This document shows, piece by piece, positions 13,601-26,640 of a DNA stretch of 64,000 nt; the stretch's first letter is position 1; each line of letters opens with the position of its first letter. Position numbers and translations under genes: made by a program. The notes beneath the pieces were generated by a model. It saw nothing but the letters and a program-made list of their open reading frames with translations, made no database searches and was not told the origin of the DNA. Source of the stretch: Mobula hypostoma (lineage: Eukaryota); assembly GCF_963921235.1 (NCBI RefSeq), contig NC_086108.1:50842001-50906000 (forward strand), given 5' to 3'.

Positions 13601-14131
13601 ACAGGCCTGACCCTTTCCAGCAAATCATAAACACAAGGGATTCTGCAGATGCTAGAATTCCAGGTCAACACATGCACACACAGTCTTGGAGGAACACAGC
13701 AGGTCAGGCAGCATCTTCTTTATTAATCTTTTTATTGATTTAAAAGGAACATGAATACAAACAAGAGGAGAATTATCTCAAATATATATATATCAATAAC
13801 AATACAGACCGAGATTAGAATAGACATTATCAAAATCATACATAGTGTTAAGCTAGTATATAATATATAATAAAAAAAGGAAACAGCAATTCTCCTCTTA
13901 TCAGTTCATGAAGAGGAAAGAAAAAACTTCGAATTTTAAATGAAGAAAAGAAACCACTACACTATACAAAAAAAAAACAAAAATAAAAAGGGACTGGGCA
14001 GTCCATTTTGAGGATACGACCAAAAAAAAAAGATTTTCTGATGAAATCTAAAACTTCAAAAAAAATTGGAAGAGTAATAAATCAAATTAAATGAAAATAT
14101 TGAATAAGTCACCAGATTTGCTCAAATTATT

Positions 14132-14864
14132 ATTTTTTAGATTATGAGAACACTCAGTCCTCTTTTATTGTGTAACTGTAATGAAAACCAATTTCCCTCG
14201 GGATCAATAAAGTATGATTATGACTATGACTATTGTCATTTAGAAATGAATACATGCATTAAGAAATGATACAATGTTTCTCCGGAGTGATATCACAGAA
14301 AACAGGACAAACCAAAGACTAACACTGACAGAACCACATAATTATAACATATAGTTACAGCAGTGCAAAGCAATACCATAATTTGAAGAAGAACACACCA
14401 TGGGCACGGTAAAAAAAGTCTCAAAAGTCCCCGAGTCAATTGACTCCTGAGTCCCCGATAGCAGGCGGCAAAAGGGAGAAACTCCCTGCCATAAACCTCC
14501 AGGCACCGTCTACTTGCCGATGCCTTGGAAGCAGCCGACCACAGCCGACACTGAGTCCACCTGTCCAAAAACTTCGAGCCTCTGACCAGCCCCTCTGATA
14601 CAGCCTCCCGAGCATCTTCAACCTAGCCCCGGCCGCTGAAACAAGCAAAGCCGAGGATTTGGGGCCTTCTGCTCCAGAGATTCCGGTTACCACACAGTAG
14701 CAGCGGCAGTGAAGCGGGCATTTCAGAAGTTTTCCAGATGTTCCTCCGCACTCTCAAGTCTGTCTCCATCAAGTCAGAATTGTGCACGGTCCCCTACTTG
14801 ACAGATTATAGATATTCATCACCGGAAAGGTTGCACGCACTGCCGTCACACCGCCATCTTCTCC
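14132..14864 (-). mobile_element. Non-autonomous ~0.7-kb retroelement, copy A
   Basis: Highly similar to 32304-32998; starts AAGATGGCGG on the minus strand and ends in an (aatct)-type tail. Confidence 0.85.
14172..14230 (+). mobile_element. 59-bp LINE 3' tail insertion with TATTGT TSD
   Basis: gggatcaataaagtatgattatgactatgac tail; TSD at 14166-14171 and 14231-14236; absent from the paralogous copy near 32340. Confidence 0.85.
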
Positions 14865-15659
14865 TCCCAAAGGATGTATCAAATGTCCGACTTCTTATTT
14901 TCTCTAAACTTAAACAGGACATAATGGAGGAGAGCCAATAAAAGACCGTAGGTGGATTAGAATCCTTCCACTTCAATAAAATGGCTCTCCTAGCCAATAA
15001 AGTCAAAAGGGCTATCATACGTTGAGCGGAAACAGGAATGTTTCCTGCTTCAGATGGGATAATCCCATCAGGCAGCATCTATGGAGAGAAATAAGCAGCT
15101 AACATTTTGGACCAAGTTCTTTCATCAACCCTGGACAAAGGAAGGGGGAAGAAGCCAGAATGAGAAGGTGGGAGGAGGGAAAGGAGTACAAGCTCACAGG
15201 GCAGATGATAGGTGAAGCCATGTGAGGAAGAAGGTGGGTAGGTGGGGGGTGGGTATGAGAAGAGAAGCTGGGAGGTGATAGGTGGAAAAGGTAAAGGGCT
15301 GAAGTAGAAGAAATCTGATAGGAGAGGAGAGTGGATCATGGGATAAAGGGAAGGAGGTGAAGCACCAGAGGGAGGTGATAGGCAGGTGAAGAGAAGAGGA
15401 GAGTCAAGATGGGGAATGATAAAAGAGGGTAGTGGGAGGGGGAGAGATTAACAGAATTTGGAGAATTCAATGTTCGTGCTTCCTGGTTGAAGGCTACCCA
15501 GACAGAATATAAAGTGTTGCTCCTCCATTCTGAGAGTAGTCTAATCTGGCAGTAGAGGAGGCCATAGAGCGACATGTCGGAATGTGAATGAAATACAACT
15601 AAAAATGGCTGGCCACCAGGAAATCCAGCCTGCTGTGATGAAGGGAGCAAAGGTGCTCA

Positions 15660-16925
15660 AGGAACCAGTCCTTTCCAGCAAAGCCAAGATCTGAAAAGTA
15701 AATGGAGAAGGAGTCAGGAACCTTGGGCTAGCTGAAGTTCTCAAGAAGGTTTTTATTAGGGAAGATATGAAAAGAAGTGAGGTGATCGCGTTAGGTAATG
15801 AAGCTGAAGTATGTCTAAACATATTCCAGCCCAAGATGAAGATGCGAAATGGTTTTCATTTGCTTCCAATGTCACCTGGCTGCTATAATATACTATATTA
15901 TGACCCCTAGCCACCAAGTACCTGACAGGCTCAGGGACAGTGGTCTTGAGACTCCCACCTATGCATTAAGCAACGGTGAAATTCGATAACATGACTCACA
16001 AAGAAGGCCAAACTCAGCGCTCTTCTATGGGCAAATAGAAATGGTACCTAGTTGATCAGACAGAGAAAGGCCTTGATGGGCTGAGTCACCTCCATGAGCA
16101 GATTATGGCCTGCCTGCCAGTGACATAGCGTCTCTGAAGAGGTTGCAGCCTTCAACCTCTTGCCTGTACAATGATGCCCTAACCCCGGAGGAGAGTACAG
16201 GGAATAGTGTTTCTGAATGCCCAAGGATTAACTAAAAGGGAGTGGTAGTGTGCTCCCCTACATTACAGAAGTTGCCACGACATTGCTGCTGCTCCTCGCC
16301 ACAGCAGTGACTGTGATCTCGACTAATACCTTTCACAGAATGCCGTATGAGTGTGCTTACTGTCGGAACATATCGGAGTGTTTGGTGATCTCTTGGATTC
16401 CGATGCACTCCAGCATGGAAGCATTGATCCCCGTCACTCTGAATGGTGAATATGGGAAGAGTCCATCAGGATGGGACTCTAAAAGGAGGGTCCGTTTAAG
16501 GAATAGTATGTACTGCCATACTGTCAGAGTAAGACCGAAGCACCAGCATTGCATGTAATAGCATGAGTTGGGAATAATTGCCAATGGTCAGATTCCAATG
16601 TGGAATAGCTCGTGCACCTCTATGTACCTTAATGGTACAGAGCAGTGCAGCACTGCTACAGTGGGAATATACTGTTTCGGGGCAAGTTTGTTTCCCACGT
16701 TGAATGGCATGTACTGGGTGTGTGACACCTGGGCCTACCTGTGCCTCCCCATGGATGTGTCTGGCTGCTGCTCCCTGGGGTATGTTGTGATCATCTGGCC
16801 CAACACCTGACCCACAAGTTGAAATGTCATATCGCGGAGGCTGATGGGTTCTAGATGATAGCTTTTTCCCCAGTATGGTACTGTCTCTTTATCAAGGGGG
16901 ATCATCCTGATGGTGTCAGCCAGAA
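15660..16925 (+). mobile_element. Degraded endogenous retrovirus: pol 3' remnant and env SU
   Basis: ORFs 16250-16558 (RNISECLVISWIPMHS, decayed CWVC region) and 16568-16810 (NGMYWVCDTWAYLCLPMDVSGCCSLGYV); FFPQYGTVSLSRGII fusion-peptide-like segment near 16865. Confidence 0.7.
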
Positions 16926-17682
16926 TAAGACCATAAGAGCATAAGATATAGGAGCAGAATTAAGCCATTTGGCCCATTGAGTTTGCTTCTTCATTTCACC
17001 ATGAGCAATCCATTTTCCCTCTCAGTCCCAATCTCCTGCCTTCACCTCCATATCCTTTCATGCCCTATCTAATCTAGAATCTAGTAATCTCTGCTTTAAA
17101 TATACCCAATGACTTGGCTTCTACAGATGCCCGTGGCAGCAAATTCCACAAATTGGCCATGCTCTGGCTAAAGAAATCCCTCTTTACCTCCGTTCTAAAA
17201 GGATGCTCCTTCTATTCTGAGGCAGTATCCTCTGGTTTTAGACTCCCCAACCATAGGAAACATCCTCTCCACATCCACTTTGTTAAGGCCTTTCAATATT
17301 TGATAGGGTTTATTGAGTTCATCCCTCATTCTTCTGAATTCCAGTGAGCTGCCTAGAGTATAAAATGCTCCTCATCTGAAAAGCCTGCTAATCCCAGAAA
17401 TATTTTGTGAACCACCTTTGAACCCTCTCCAATGTCAGCACATCCTTTCTTAGATAAGGAGCCCCAAAACTGCTAAAATACTCTGTGCGGCCTGACCAAC
17501 GCTTGATAAAGCTTTCGCATTACATCCAGGCTTTTCTATTCTAGTCTTCTTGAAATGAATGCTAACATGGCATTTGCCTTCCTCACCACAGACTCCACCT
17601 GCAAATTAACTTTTAGGAAATCCTGCACAAGGACTCCCAAGTCCCTTTGCGTCTCAGATTGTTTATTTCTCTCCATTTAGAG
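16926..17682 (-). mobile_element. CR1 LINE 3' fragment
   Basis: (ataag)n-type tail at 16926-16950; sequence parallels 858-1570. Confidence 0.88.
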
Positions 17683-19289
17683 CAATGATTCTCAAGGGGG
17701 TGGTTATATGTCCTAAGGGGGCGTTAGATGAAATAGAAGTTGTTGAGGAGGCATTCAAGAATCTTGGGGGTGGGGGGGAATAAGTGGCACCCTGAGGCAT
17801 GAAACCTGACCGACCGTGTCAACTCGCTGCAGTTGTCAACATCCGATGGGCGTTCCCAGTTTGTGTTAATTTTTTATTTTAATTTAGCCCCACTAATGTC
17901 GGATAAATATGTACTTCGCAATCTCTATGAGTCTGAAGGGAGTGAAGCTTTGAATTCTAATCCTGCCAAGAAATGGAAACTACAGAAAGTGATTCAATAC
18001 CTGGAGTATGGTTTTATTCTATTCCTGTCAGATCAGCAATGCCCCATGCCTTATTTGTAATACTGTACTGTCTAACGAAGCCATCAAACATTCAAGATTG
18101 CAGGAACACTTCCGTAAAAGATACCCTGAAAGGCTACGTATGCTATTAACGTACTCACTTCCAGAAGCTGAAAGAAGCATTGCACACTTGAGTCATTTGC
18201 CAAGAAAGCTGAAAAGACCTTGATAGTGGTCTCATTTCTTCTTATAAATTTTCCAATATGATAGTAAAGTGTGTAAAATCTCATATAATTGGTGAAAGAT
18301 TAATAATGCATGCTGTATGAGAAGTACTCACTACTGTTCTCAAAATGGATACCAGTATTTTAAAATCAATTCCTCTGAGTAATACCTCTGTAGTTTGTTG
18401 TGTTGATTAAATAAGTGAAGATATTGAGTATCAACTATGCACAGAGCTAAAAAAAAACAGGATTTGCAATACAACTGGATAAGTCTACTGTGTGAGACAA
18501 TGAGGCATCACTAATGGCAAAGGTACAGTTCATCAAAAATGGAAAAGTTTATGAAGGGATTTTCTTTTGTAAAATTTAAAAACCTATCAATGGAGAATCA
18601 AGCTACACGAGTTGAAAATGTATATTGAGGATAAAAGTATTCCGATTAGGAACATGATTTCCTGTACAACAGATGGAGCATGACATATGACAGGTTGCCA
18701 TGCTGGTTTAGTGGCATTTATGAAAAAGAAATTCAAAATATGGTTGCAATCCATTGTGTAATTCATCATCAACATCTTGCAGCCTAAAACCTTGGCCAGC
18801 AACTTTTTTCAAGCATGACTCCTGTAATATCTGTTATCAATAAAATTAAAGCTCATCAAATTAAAGTTTGTTTATGGTAAATGTTCACAAGATCACAAGA
18901 TCACAAGACAAAGGAGCAGAAGTAGGCCATTCAGCCCATTGAGTCTGCTCCACCACTCCACCATGAGCTAAACTATTCTCCCATCTAGTTCCAATTTCCG
19001 GCTTTTTCCCCATATCTCTTGATATCCTGACTAAATAGATACCTATAAATCTCCTCCTTAAACACCCCCAATGATTGTGCCTCATTTAATATAAATCTGA
19101 TACTAGCAGCTTTGTGTTATTATGTAAAGACATAAACTGAAACGCACAATGGTAAATCTCAGCCAAGGATGCCAACGCGTGCTCATCTGAAACCATGACA
19201 ATATGTGTTGCTCAACTGTGATGTATGTACATGAAACGTCTGCAGATTTATGAGGGCATTAGGTCAGAATAAAGACTGGGAGATCACAG
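17683..19289 (+). mobile_element. hAT Charlie/Buster-type DNA transposon, decayed transposase
   Basis: Left TIR CAATGATTCTCAA; YLEYGF and PCLICNTVLSNEAIKHSRLQEHF (BED zinc-finger region); CTTDGA-like and IHCVIHHQHLAAK motifs at 18660-18790; degenerate right TIR near 19289. Confidence 0.85.
18886..19085 (-). mobile_element. Short CR1 3' tail insertion
   Basis: (cacaagat)n tail and the CR1 3' UTR hairpin sequence. Confidence 0.8.
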
Positions 19290-19717
19290 CATTGCAGAAA
19301 TCAAATGGCATTCAGGAAGTGTGAAAGTTAAGACAGGGTAGAGGAACCATCTGGTAGGGTCAATTAGCAGGAGGTCATAGGAGGCCACATGTGGAAGAAT
19401 TGGAACAGTAGCTAATCATTGCAACCAAGGCAATTCATGATTTTATATAGTGAACCACTAAATTCTCAGGGGCTTAAAAGAGAAGGGGCTACAAAGAGCA
19501 TTAGCACATTAACAGGAAGTGGGTGAACAGTAGAACATAGTAAGGTCAGAAGAACGTGCCCCAGCAATACCAAAAAGAGCAATCATCGGGGTTGAGTTGC
19601 ATTGCATACGAAGGTTCTTTGTGACTACAGATTCCAAACACTCAATAAACTCCCTCACTCAATTAAAGAACTTGAGTCCTTACCTTGTTGATCTAGATCG
19701 GTGAAGAATCCTAAGCA
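19290..19717 (+). mobile_element. ERV env TM remnant, polypurine tract and probable 3' LTR
   Basis: gcattgcagaaatcaaatggca resembles a frameshifted ALQNRMA (immunosuppressive domain); aaaagagaagggg PPT near 19477-19489; AATAAA near 19644. Confidence 0.5.
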
Positions 19718-20198
19718 AAACAGATTTGAGCAACCTCTGTCTCTCAAAAATTATTTTACCTAAAGGGGGAAAAACTATCCCTCAGTGTTAAGCTTACCAG
19801 ATATTAGAGTTGAAGCAGTATGGCAGAAAATGGAAAACTGCGAAAAAGCAGGAAAGGCAAATTCCTACCTAGGATTCAGCAGCACAGCAGACAAAAGCTG
19901 AGAAGTTGACAGTTATTGGAGACCAGTTCCAATGAAGTGCAGGTAACAGTAATATAGGAACCATTAACAGGATTGCTTCATTTAAAACTTGAAGCATTTG
20001 ATCAGCAGAGTGAATTCATGGTAACCTTTCAGTGTGGTCCAAAAGAGCATGAAGTATGGAAATCATGCAGTCTGGAGAATCACATTGGAGCTAAAGGTCC
20101 AGCCTTTCTAAAAGAACACAGTAAAAGCACCAACTGTAGTGCACCAATGGTGGGTGGCAATGATTTAGTGTAGGAAAGGCAAAGTAATAGTGTTGGCA

Positions 20199-23100
20199 TC
20201 ATCATCACCATCAGGTGCCATGCCCAGTTTGAGTTTTGACTGCCATGGCCCACACTCTCCTGTTTCAGATCAAGTGGATCAGTTCATTGGTATTCATTTC
20301 CAGTTCTCTGGCTGCTGTCTCCATCATCATTTGTCTTTGTCTTCCTCTTGCTTTCTTCCCTTCAATCTTTCCCATAATTACCGTGCATTCTAAGTCCTCT
20401 TTCCTAATCACATGTCCAATGAAGTTACGTTGCCTTTTCATGATCTCATACATTATTTCTATTTTTGTGTTTACCCTGTTCATGACATCCTCGTTCGATA
20501 TTCGTTTCGTCCATGATATTCTTTGCATCCTCCTCAAAAACCACATCTCTGCTGCTACAATTCGTTTCCTCATGTTACTAGATATTGTCCAACATTCTGA
20601 GCCATATTTCATAACTGGATAAACGTAACATTCCAGTACTCTGAGGCGAGTTGTCATGCCTAGTTTAGTATTGGTCAGTATACTCTTCATTCTCGTAAAG
20701 GTATCTTTTGCCATTCCTATTCTTCTTTTGATGTCCATGTCACACCTGCCATCTGATATCACCCAGCTTCCTAAGTAGCAAAAGTTCTGTACTTGTTTTA
20801 TGTCTTCCCCATTTATTCTCAGCCTGCAGATAGGATTCTCCTTCTTTTTGGATATCACCATACATTCTGTCTTTTTGCAATTGATAGATAGACCGACTCA
20901 TTTTTGCACTTTCTTCGACAATTATATCAATTAAGTTTTGTAGTTCTTCCTCCGTACTTGCAATTAACACAGTGTCATCTGCATATCTGAAATTATAGGT
21001 GTTTTCACCGCCAACTTTGATTCCCAAGACGTCTCTTACTTTTTGTAATATTGTTTCACTGTACACATTAAACAAATCGGGGAGAAAGCATACCCTTGTC
21101 TAACGCCTCTCTTGATTTTCATAAACTGACTCACTTCTCCATCTATTCTTACAGCAGCAGTTTGTTCCCAGTACGGATTTCTGATTAGGTGGAGATCTTT
21201 CGAATCTAGATCTAGAGTTTTCTATAATATTTCAAATAACTTACTATGCTTCACTTTATCAAATGCTTTTGTGTAGTCGATAAAACAAACAAACAAATCT
21301 TTTTGCACTTGAATAGCTCGTTCTGATAGTATCCTTAACATCAATATTGTGTTTCTTTCACAAAACCACATTGTTCTTTACCTATTTCAGCTTGTATCTT
21401 ACTTTTAGCTCTTGTCATTAAAATTCTTAGAAGTATCTTGGTGATATAACTCATTAAACTTATGGTCCTATTTAATTCACATTCTATTGCTCCAGGTTTC
21501 TTAGGAAGAGTGATAAATACTGATTTTTTCATCTCTTCTGGTATTATTCCGGTCTCGTAAATATCATTGATTAAATGAGTAAGTTTTTCAATTCCATGAT
21601 CTTCAAGGGCGATAATTTGTTCTATTACTAATTCATCAGGACCTGCTGCCTTTCCTTTCTTCATTTTATTTATTGCATTACGAACTTCAGATTTTAAAAT
21701 ACTTTGACCTTCAATGTTTTTCTTAATTTCTGGTTTTTCACCTCAATTGTCTTCAAACAATTCCTGAATATACTCAGTCCATCTGTTCATAATCTCATCT
21801 TTTTCCATGATAATGGTACCACCCTTTGCTTTCAAACATTCACCTGAGAACAGAGGAGCTTTTTACCGGTGATATTCTTGATTTGTTGATGTAACCTTTT
21901 TGGATCAGTAATAGGGATTCTTTCCATTTGCTCACATTCCTGGTTTAAGCATTCTTCTTTGGCTTTTGGACATAAGCTTTTAACTTTTTCATCTAAGGAT
22001 TTATATTCTATAGGATTTGCTTTCTTCCTTCTCCTTTCTTCCATTAGATTTTTGATTTCATCTGTCATCCATTTACTCTTTGTGCTCTTTTCTTTTTCAG
22101 GAATCACTGACTTTGCTGATTCTACCAAGGCATCCTTTACAGAGTTAAATTTCATTTCAACATGATTGCTATCATCTTCAACAGATTCTATTTGTAGACT
22201 TTGAAATCTATTCGTTACTTCAATTGTAAATTTTTGTCTTAAGTTTTCTTCTTTAATTAATTGCAAGTAGTAAAGGGATTGTTCAGGTTTTTGCTTCTTT
22301 AGTTCTTTAAGTTTTACTTTTACATGACATACTACTGGATTATGGTCACTAGTACAGTCTGCACCTGGATATGTTTTGCATTGAGTCACTGAGTTTCTAA
22401 ATCTTTGGTTTATAGTAATAAAGTCACTCATTTCTCATCTCTTTCATTTCTTTCCCCTAGTCCAAATTTTCCTATGGTATTTCCATCAGCACCTTGTCCT
22501 ACTTTAGCATTTAGATTTCCCATGACAGTAACAATATCTTGAGATTTGCATCCCTTCTTTGCTTGTTCAAGCTCTTCATAGAATTTATCTATATCCTCAT
22601 TTGTTCCATCTGTTGGTGCATATACCTGTATAATTGCTAAATCAAATGGTTGTCCTCTGAATCTAACAAGGAGCACTCTTTCTGATATTGCCTAATGTCC
22701 TAAAACACTTTTCGCCATGTTTTCATCCATAAGAATTCCTACTCCATTGGTATGGGATGTTCCACAAGAATAAATTAGTGTTTTATTTCTATTCAGACAT
22801 GTTCCAGCACCTATCCAATGAACTTCGCTAATTCCCATGATGTCAAACTTTAGTCTTTCCATTTCATTTATCAAATTGTCCAATCTTCCTGCTTGATTTA
22901 GGGTTCTTACATTTCAAGTGGAAATAATTTTCTTCTGTGTTACTTTAATTTTATGAGCAGTAGCTTGATGACGGTCAGGAATCCCCTGCTGACTAGAATC
23001 AACCCTACCGAGCGAAGCATCTTCAAAATTGTCTTGAAGATCCTCTTGACGCTGTTGTTGTGTGATACATTTTGTGAGTTTGACCATGGTTTTCTTAGCA

Positions 23101-23461
23101 AATAGATTCTAGGAAACCTAGTATCTAGCAACGGTGGTTTGCTATTGCCTTCCATTGGGCGAACTGAAGAAATCTCCATTTCTCTTCCCAAATGTTCATC
23201 CACCTGTACTATAGCCAGTGACATTTGAGGTCCTAGCTCATCCGCCTTCTCCGTCATAAGTTCAGTTACTGAACCTGCCGGATCTGCCGTTGGCCTTCGC
23301 TCGTATCCTGAACAGGAACCCTTGCAGGTGCTACCGTTCCGGGTCAGAGGGGCCCTGGGAGCAATGAATGACTAAGGAGTAACTCCACTTTCCCCAAAGC
23401 TCTGAAAGTCCTCAGTCAGAGCCTCATCACTGTTTGCAGTTTAGAGTCATACCCAGGACAA
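20199..23461 (-). mobile_element. Full-length RTE-clade LINE (APE + RT, frameshifted) with 13-bp TSD AATAGTGTTGGCA
   Basis: ORFs with IMGISEVHW, IIQVYAPT, SDHNPV, YADDTVLIA and RISNEDV; (TGA)n tail; TSD at 20186-20198 and 23462-23474; Bov-A-like GGAAGGCAATAGCAAACCAC motif in the 5' UTR. Confidence 0.95.
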
Positions 23462-25209
23462 AATAGTGTTGGCACTGGGTGGATTTGGATGGAGTTGCCT
23501 TGGGGAAGGGTTAATTAAGAGTTTGTCAGACCAAGAATCAGCAAGTTAGATGACTCAAGCATCAAAGATACAACCCATTCAGCTGTGAGCCAAGATGCTT
23601 CTTCCATATTCCTGTTTTTTAGCCAAAGATCTGCCACAGTTAGAAACAGATTCAAATTAAGCTGGCAGACACTTGTATCTAATGTTACAAGGTTTTCCAA
23701 GATGTTTCAAAGGAATGATTTCAGGCGGAATTTGGTAAAGTCACATGTTAAGACAAATGATCAAAAACCCGGTCAAAGTGAGGTACGTCTCAAGGAACAG
23801 CACAGAGACAGAATGCCACAATTGAAGATGAAATGGCAATGTTTAGGACTTGGCAACACAAGTGGCAAAGAATGGCCAGAATTTACATCAAGGAAGTGAT
23901 CACTGAAGCATCCAGATATCTATAAAGATTTTACAGATGAGAAGATTTTGTAAATTGTGAGGGGCAAGACTTTGGAAAGATTTGAAGACAATGATAAGGC
24001 TTTCAAAGCTGAGGCCTTGCTTAACAAGGACCAATGCAGGCCAACAAGTACAAGCAGAGTTGCAGGTGATATCAAGATAACCAAGAGTAGAAAATGTACA
24101 GGAGATCAGGAGCTCACTGCAGCCATCAACTGCTGAGGTAACAAGAGCATGCAGGAGGGATTCAGCTGTGGATGGAAAGTAGCTGGGAACCTCTGAAAGA
24201 CAGGAAGCTCAAACACTGTGAAAAGTAGAGTCAGTACATTGTGTTGTAGTTTATGAAATAAAGTTGCAATTTTTGAGGGAAGGAGAGTGTTAGCCATTTC
24301 TAACTGTAGTAAGAACATTTAACAGTTGCTGAATGAAAGCTTCAGTTATACAATAAGCAAAAGGAATATTTAGGATTGAAATGGATCTTTCTGTAGGGAC
24401 CTATGATTACATGTTATCCTGAGTATCAAAGTGGCAATTTGGCTTAATTGAGAGCACGTTTGCATTTGATTCAGATTACACACTTTACCTGACTTCTGAT
24501 GTGATCTTTTCAATATTGTGGGACTTCTATATTGCTCCATAAGTTATGTCTGATGAATCTTAAAACCTTAGTAAAATGTTATTCAATTTGAAGGGAGATA
24601 AGGATATCTCCCCATACTCTGCTTATCATTTTTCTCCCAACCATTTATTTTAACTTCTGAACTGGTTATTTATCTCATTTATAGCTTGTGAAACTTTGCC
24701 AGTTGACTAGCACGTTTATCAAATTAACAGGAACCACATTTTAGCAGTAATTTATCAGGCTCAAAACACGTTTCCTGAGGACATTGTATGGTGCACAATA
24801 ATTGCCAACTTTTTAAAAAATATGTTTTTTTTGAAGAGAATCTTATAAATAAGGTTTAAAGAAATTACCATTTGACATGTGCAATGCTCTAGCTAGAAAT
24901 GCTCAATTTTGTGCTTCTGGATAAGTAAGATAATAGGGGATTAGTCATCACATAACTGCAGGTTTGTGGGTATCTCAAGCTGTTGGCAGTGCTTTGCGAC
25001 AGTGCAGAAATCTACACAAATAACCTTTGCTAGGTTAGGTAGAAATTGTTTCCCCATTTATTTCAGCTGAGGAAAAAAACCTATGAGAGAATGAATGTTC
25101 TATTATTTTCTGATTGGTTTTAATTGCTTGAGGTTTTAAAATTTTTTTTTGTCTTTTTTTAATGTTTACTTTTATCAGCTTTAGTAACTTTGAGAAAAAG
25201 TATTTTCCA

Positions 25210-25400
25210 AGTGCTGTCTGTGAGAAATTTGTTCATTCCCCCGTGACTGCATGGATTTCATTTGGGTGTTCCAGTTTCCTCCCACATTCCAAAAATATAT
25301 GGGTTAGTAGGTTAACCGGTCACATGGGTGTAATTCAGTAGCTCGGGCTTATTGAGCTGGAAGAGCCTAGTACTGTGCTGTATCTCCAAATAAAATAAAA
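25210..25400 (+). mobile_element. V-SINE fragment
   Basis: ccccgtgactgcatggatttc...gggtgttccagtttcctcccacattccaaa V-domain core. Confidence 0.75.
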
Positions 25401-25794
25401 GAATATTTAATTTTTTTTGAAGGTTTGAATGTTTCGTATGCCTGACAGCTGATTCAGACAAGTTCAACTCCTTGATGGCTATCATAGTATTTTCAGCTGT
25501 TTGTTCTCCCCTTCTCTACCTCTCTTCCCCTACATTCCCAACTCTATGTGACACCATTTATGTTGCATAAGATCCTGTTCTGATTTTGGAAGATCCACTC
25601 TGGAAACTTTCCCACAGACATGATTAAGCAAAAGGAAGTACTGAAAAAAACTCATAAAGATGTTGCTGGGACAGGAGAACTTGAATTGTAAAGAGAAGTT
25701 AAATAGGTTGAAACTGTTTTCCCTGACATTAAGGAGGCTGAGGAGTGACTGTATAGAGCTTTATAGAATTAATGACATGTATACCCCAGGTTTG

Positions 25795-26020
25795 TGTTGG
25801 GCACATGGCCAAGTGGTTAAAGCGTTTGTCTAGTGATCTCAAGGTCGCTAGTCCGAGCCTCAGCTGTGGCAGCATGCTTGTGTCCTTGAGCAAGGCACTT
25901 AATCACACACTGCTCTAGTCTGTGTGAGGAGTGGTGCCCCACACAGACTTCCAATCTGTGTCTCATAAGGCATGAAAATGCCCGACACAGGCCTCTCATG
26001 GTTTGAGTCGACGTTCCCCA
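25795..26020 (+). mobile_element. tRNA-derived SINE
   Basis: A-box TGGCCAAGTGGTTAA, degenerate B-box, and gtgtccttgagcaaggcacttaa body motif. Confidence 0.75.
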
Positions 26021-26334
26021 TACCCTAGGCAGTTAATCTGATCAACCATTCTAGTTAACCATCTCCCCCACCAGCTATTACCTCAGTCACTGCACTGTAA
26101 ACACCTTAAACATTTTAAACCATTGTTTACAATGCTGTTTACGTTGTAAACAAATGCTGGAATTTATGTCTTATCCACAGTTTATTCCATATCCCTACTT
26201 TAACCTCTGTTAATTTCTTATATTATTCTTAATTCTCAGAATTGTTGAGTGTTATGTTTTTGTTGCTTGTTGTGCCAACACACCTCAGCACATGTGAATA
26301 AAATTGAACCTTGATCCTTGATACCATAGGCATG

Positions 26335-26640
26335 TTACCGGAGTCTTAAACTAAAGGTCATTGCTTCACGATGAGAAGGGAGAAATTGAAAAGGGGTGTA
26401 AGTGGCAAGTTTTTCACACGGAGGGTGGTAGGTATATGGAATGAACTGCCAGAGGAGGTGGTAGAGGCAGATACAGTTATGTTGAAAAGACAATTGGAAA
26501 GATACATGGGTAGGAAAGGTCTAGGGGGATATCAGGCAAACACATACAAATGGGATTAGTTTAGATTATCAGATTGGTCGGTATGGGTGAATTGGGCAGA
26601 AAGCCTGTTTCCATTCTGTTTAAATCTACGAGTCTATGGA
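26335..26640 (+). mobile_element. CR1 3' fragment
   Basis: FFTRRVVGIWNELPEEVVEA C-terminal motif (ORF 26371-26559). Confidence 0.85.

Larger units (their letters stand above)
13717..15067 (-). mobile_element. L1/Tx1-clade LINE 3' fragment with 13-bp TSD
   Basis: Minus ORF 14806-15078 LLARRAILLKWKDSNPPTVFYWLSSIMSCLSLEKIR (fish L1 ORF2 C-terminus) followed by a T-rich 3' UTR. Confidence 0.8.
13628..15660 (-). mobile_element. Penelope-like element 3' part, split by an L1 insertion (13628-13716 and 15068-15660)
   Basis: Terminal motif, purine-rich UTR antisense, and endonuclease C-terminal remnant at 15450-15600; TCAGGCAGCATCT duplicated at 13704-13716 and 15068-15080. Confidence 0.8.

Noticed and set aside
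23480..24350. Possible ancient L2-like fragment
   Set aside because: Too degraded to support by eye.
25795..25870. tRNA gene
   Set aside because: Degenerate B-box, no clean cloverleaf, and it continues into a SINE body.
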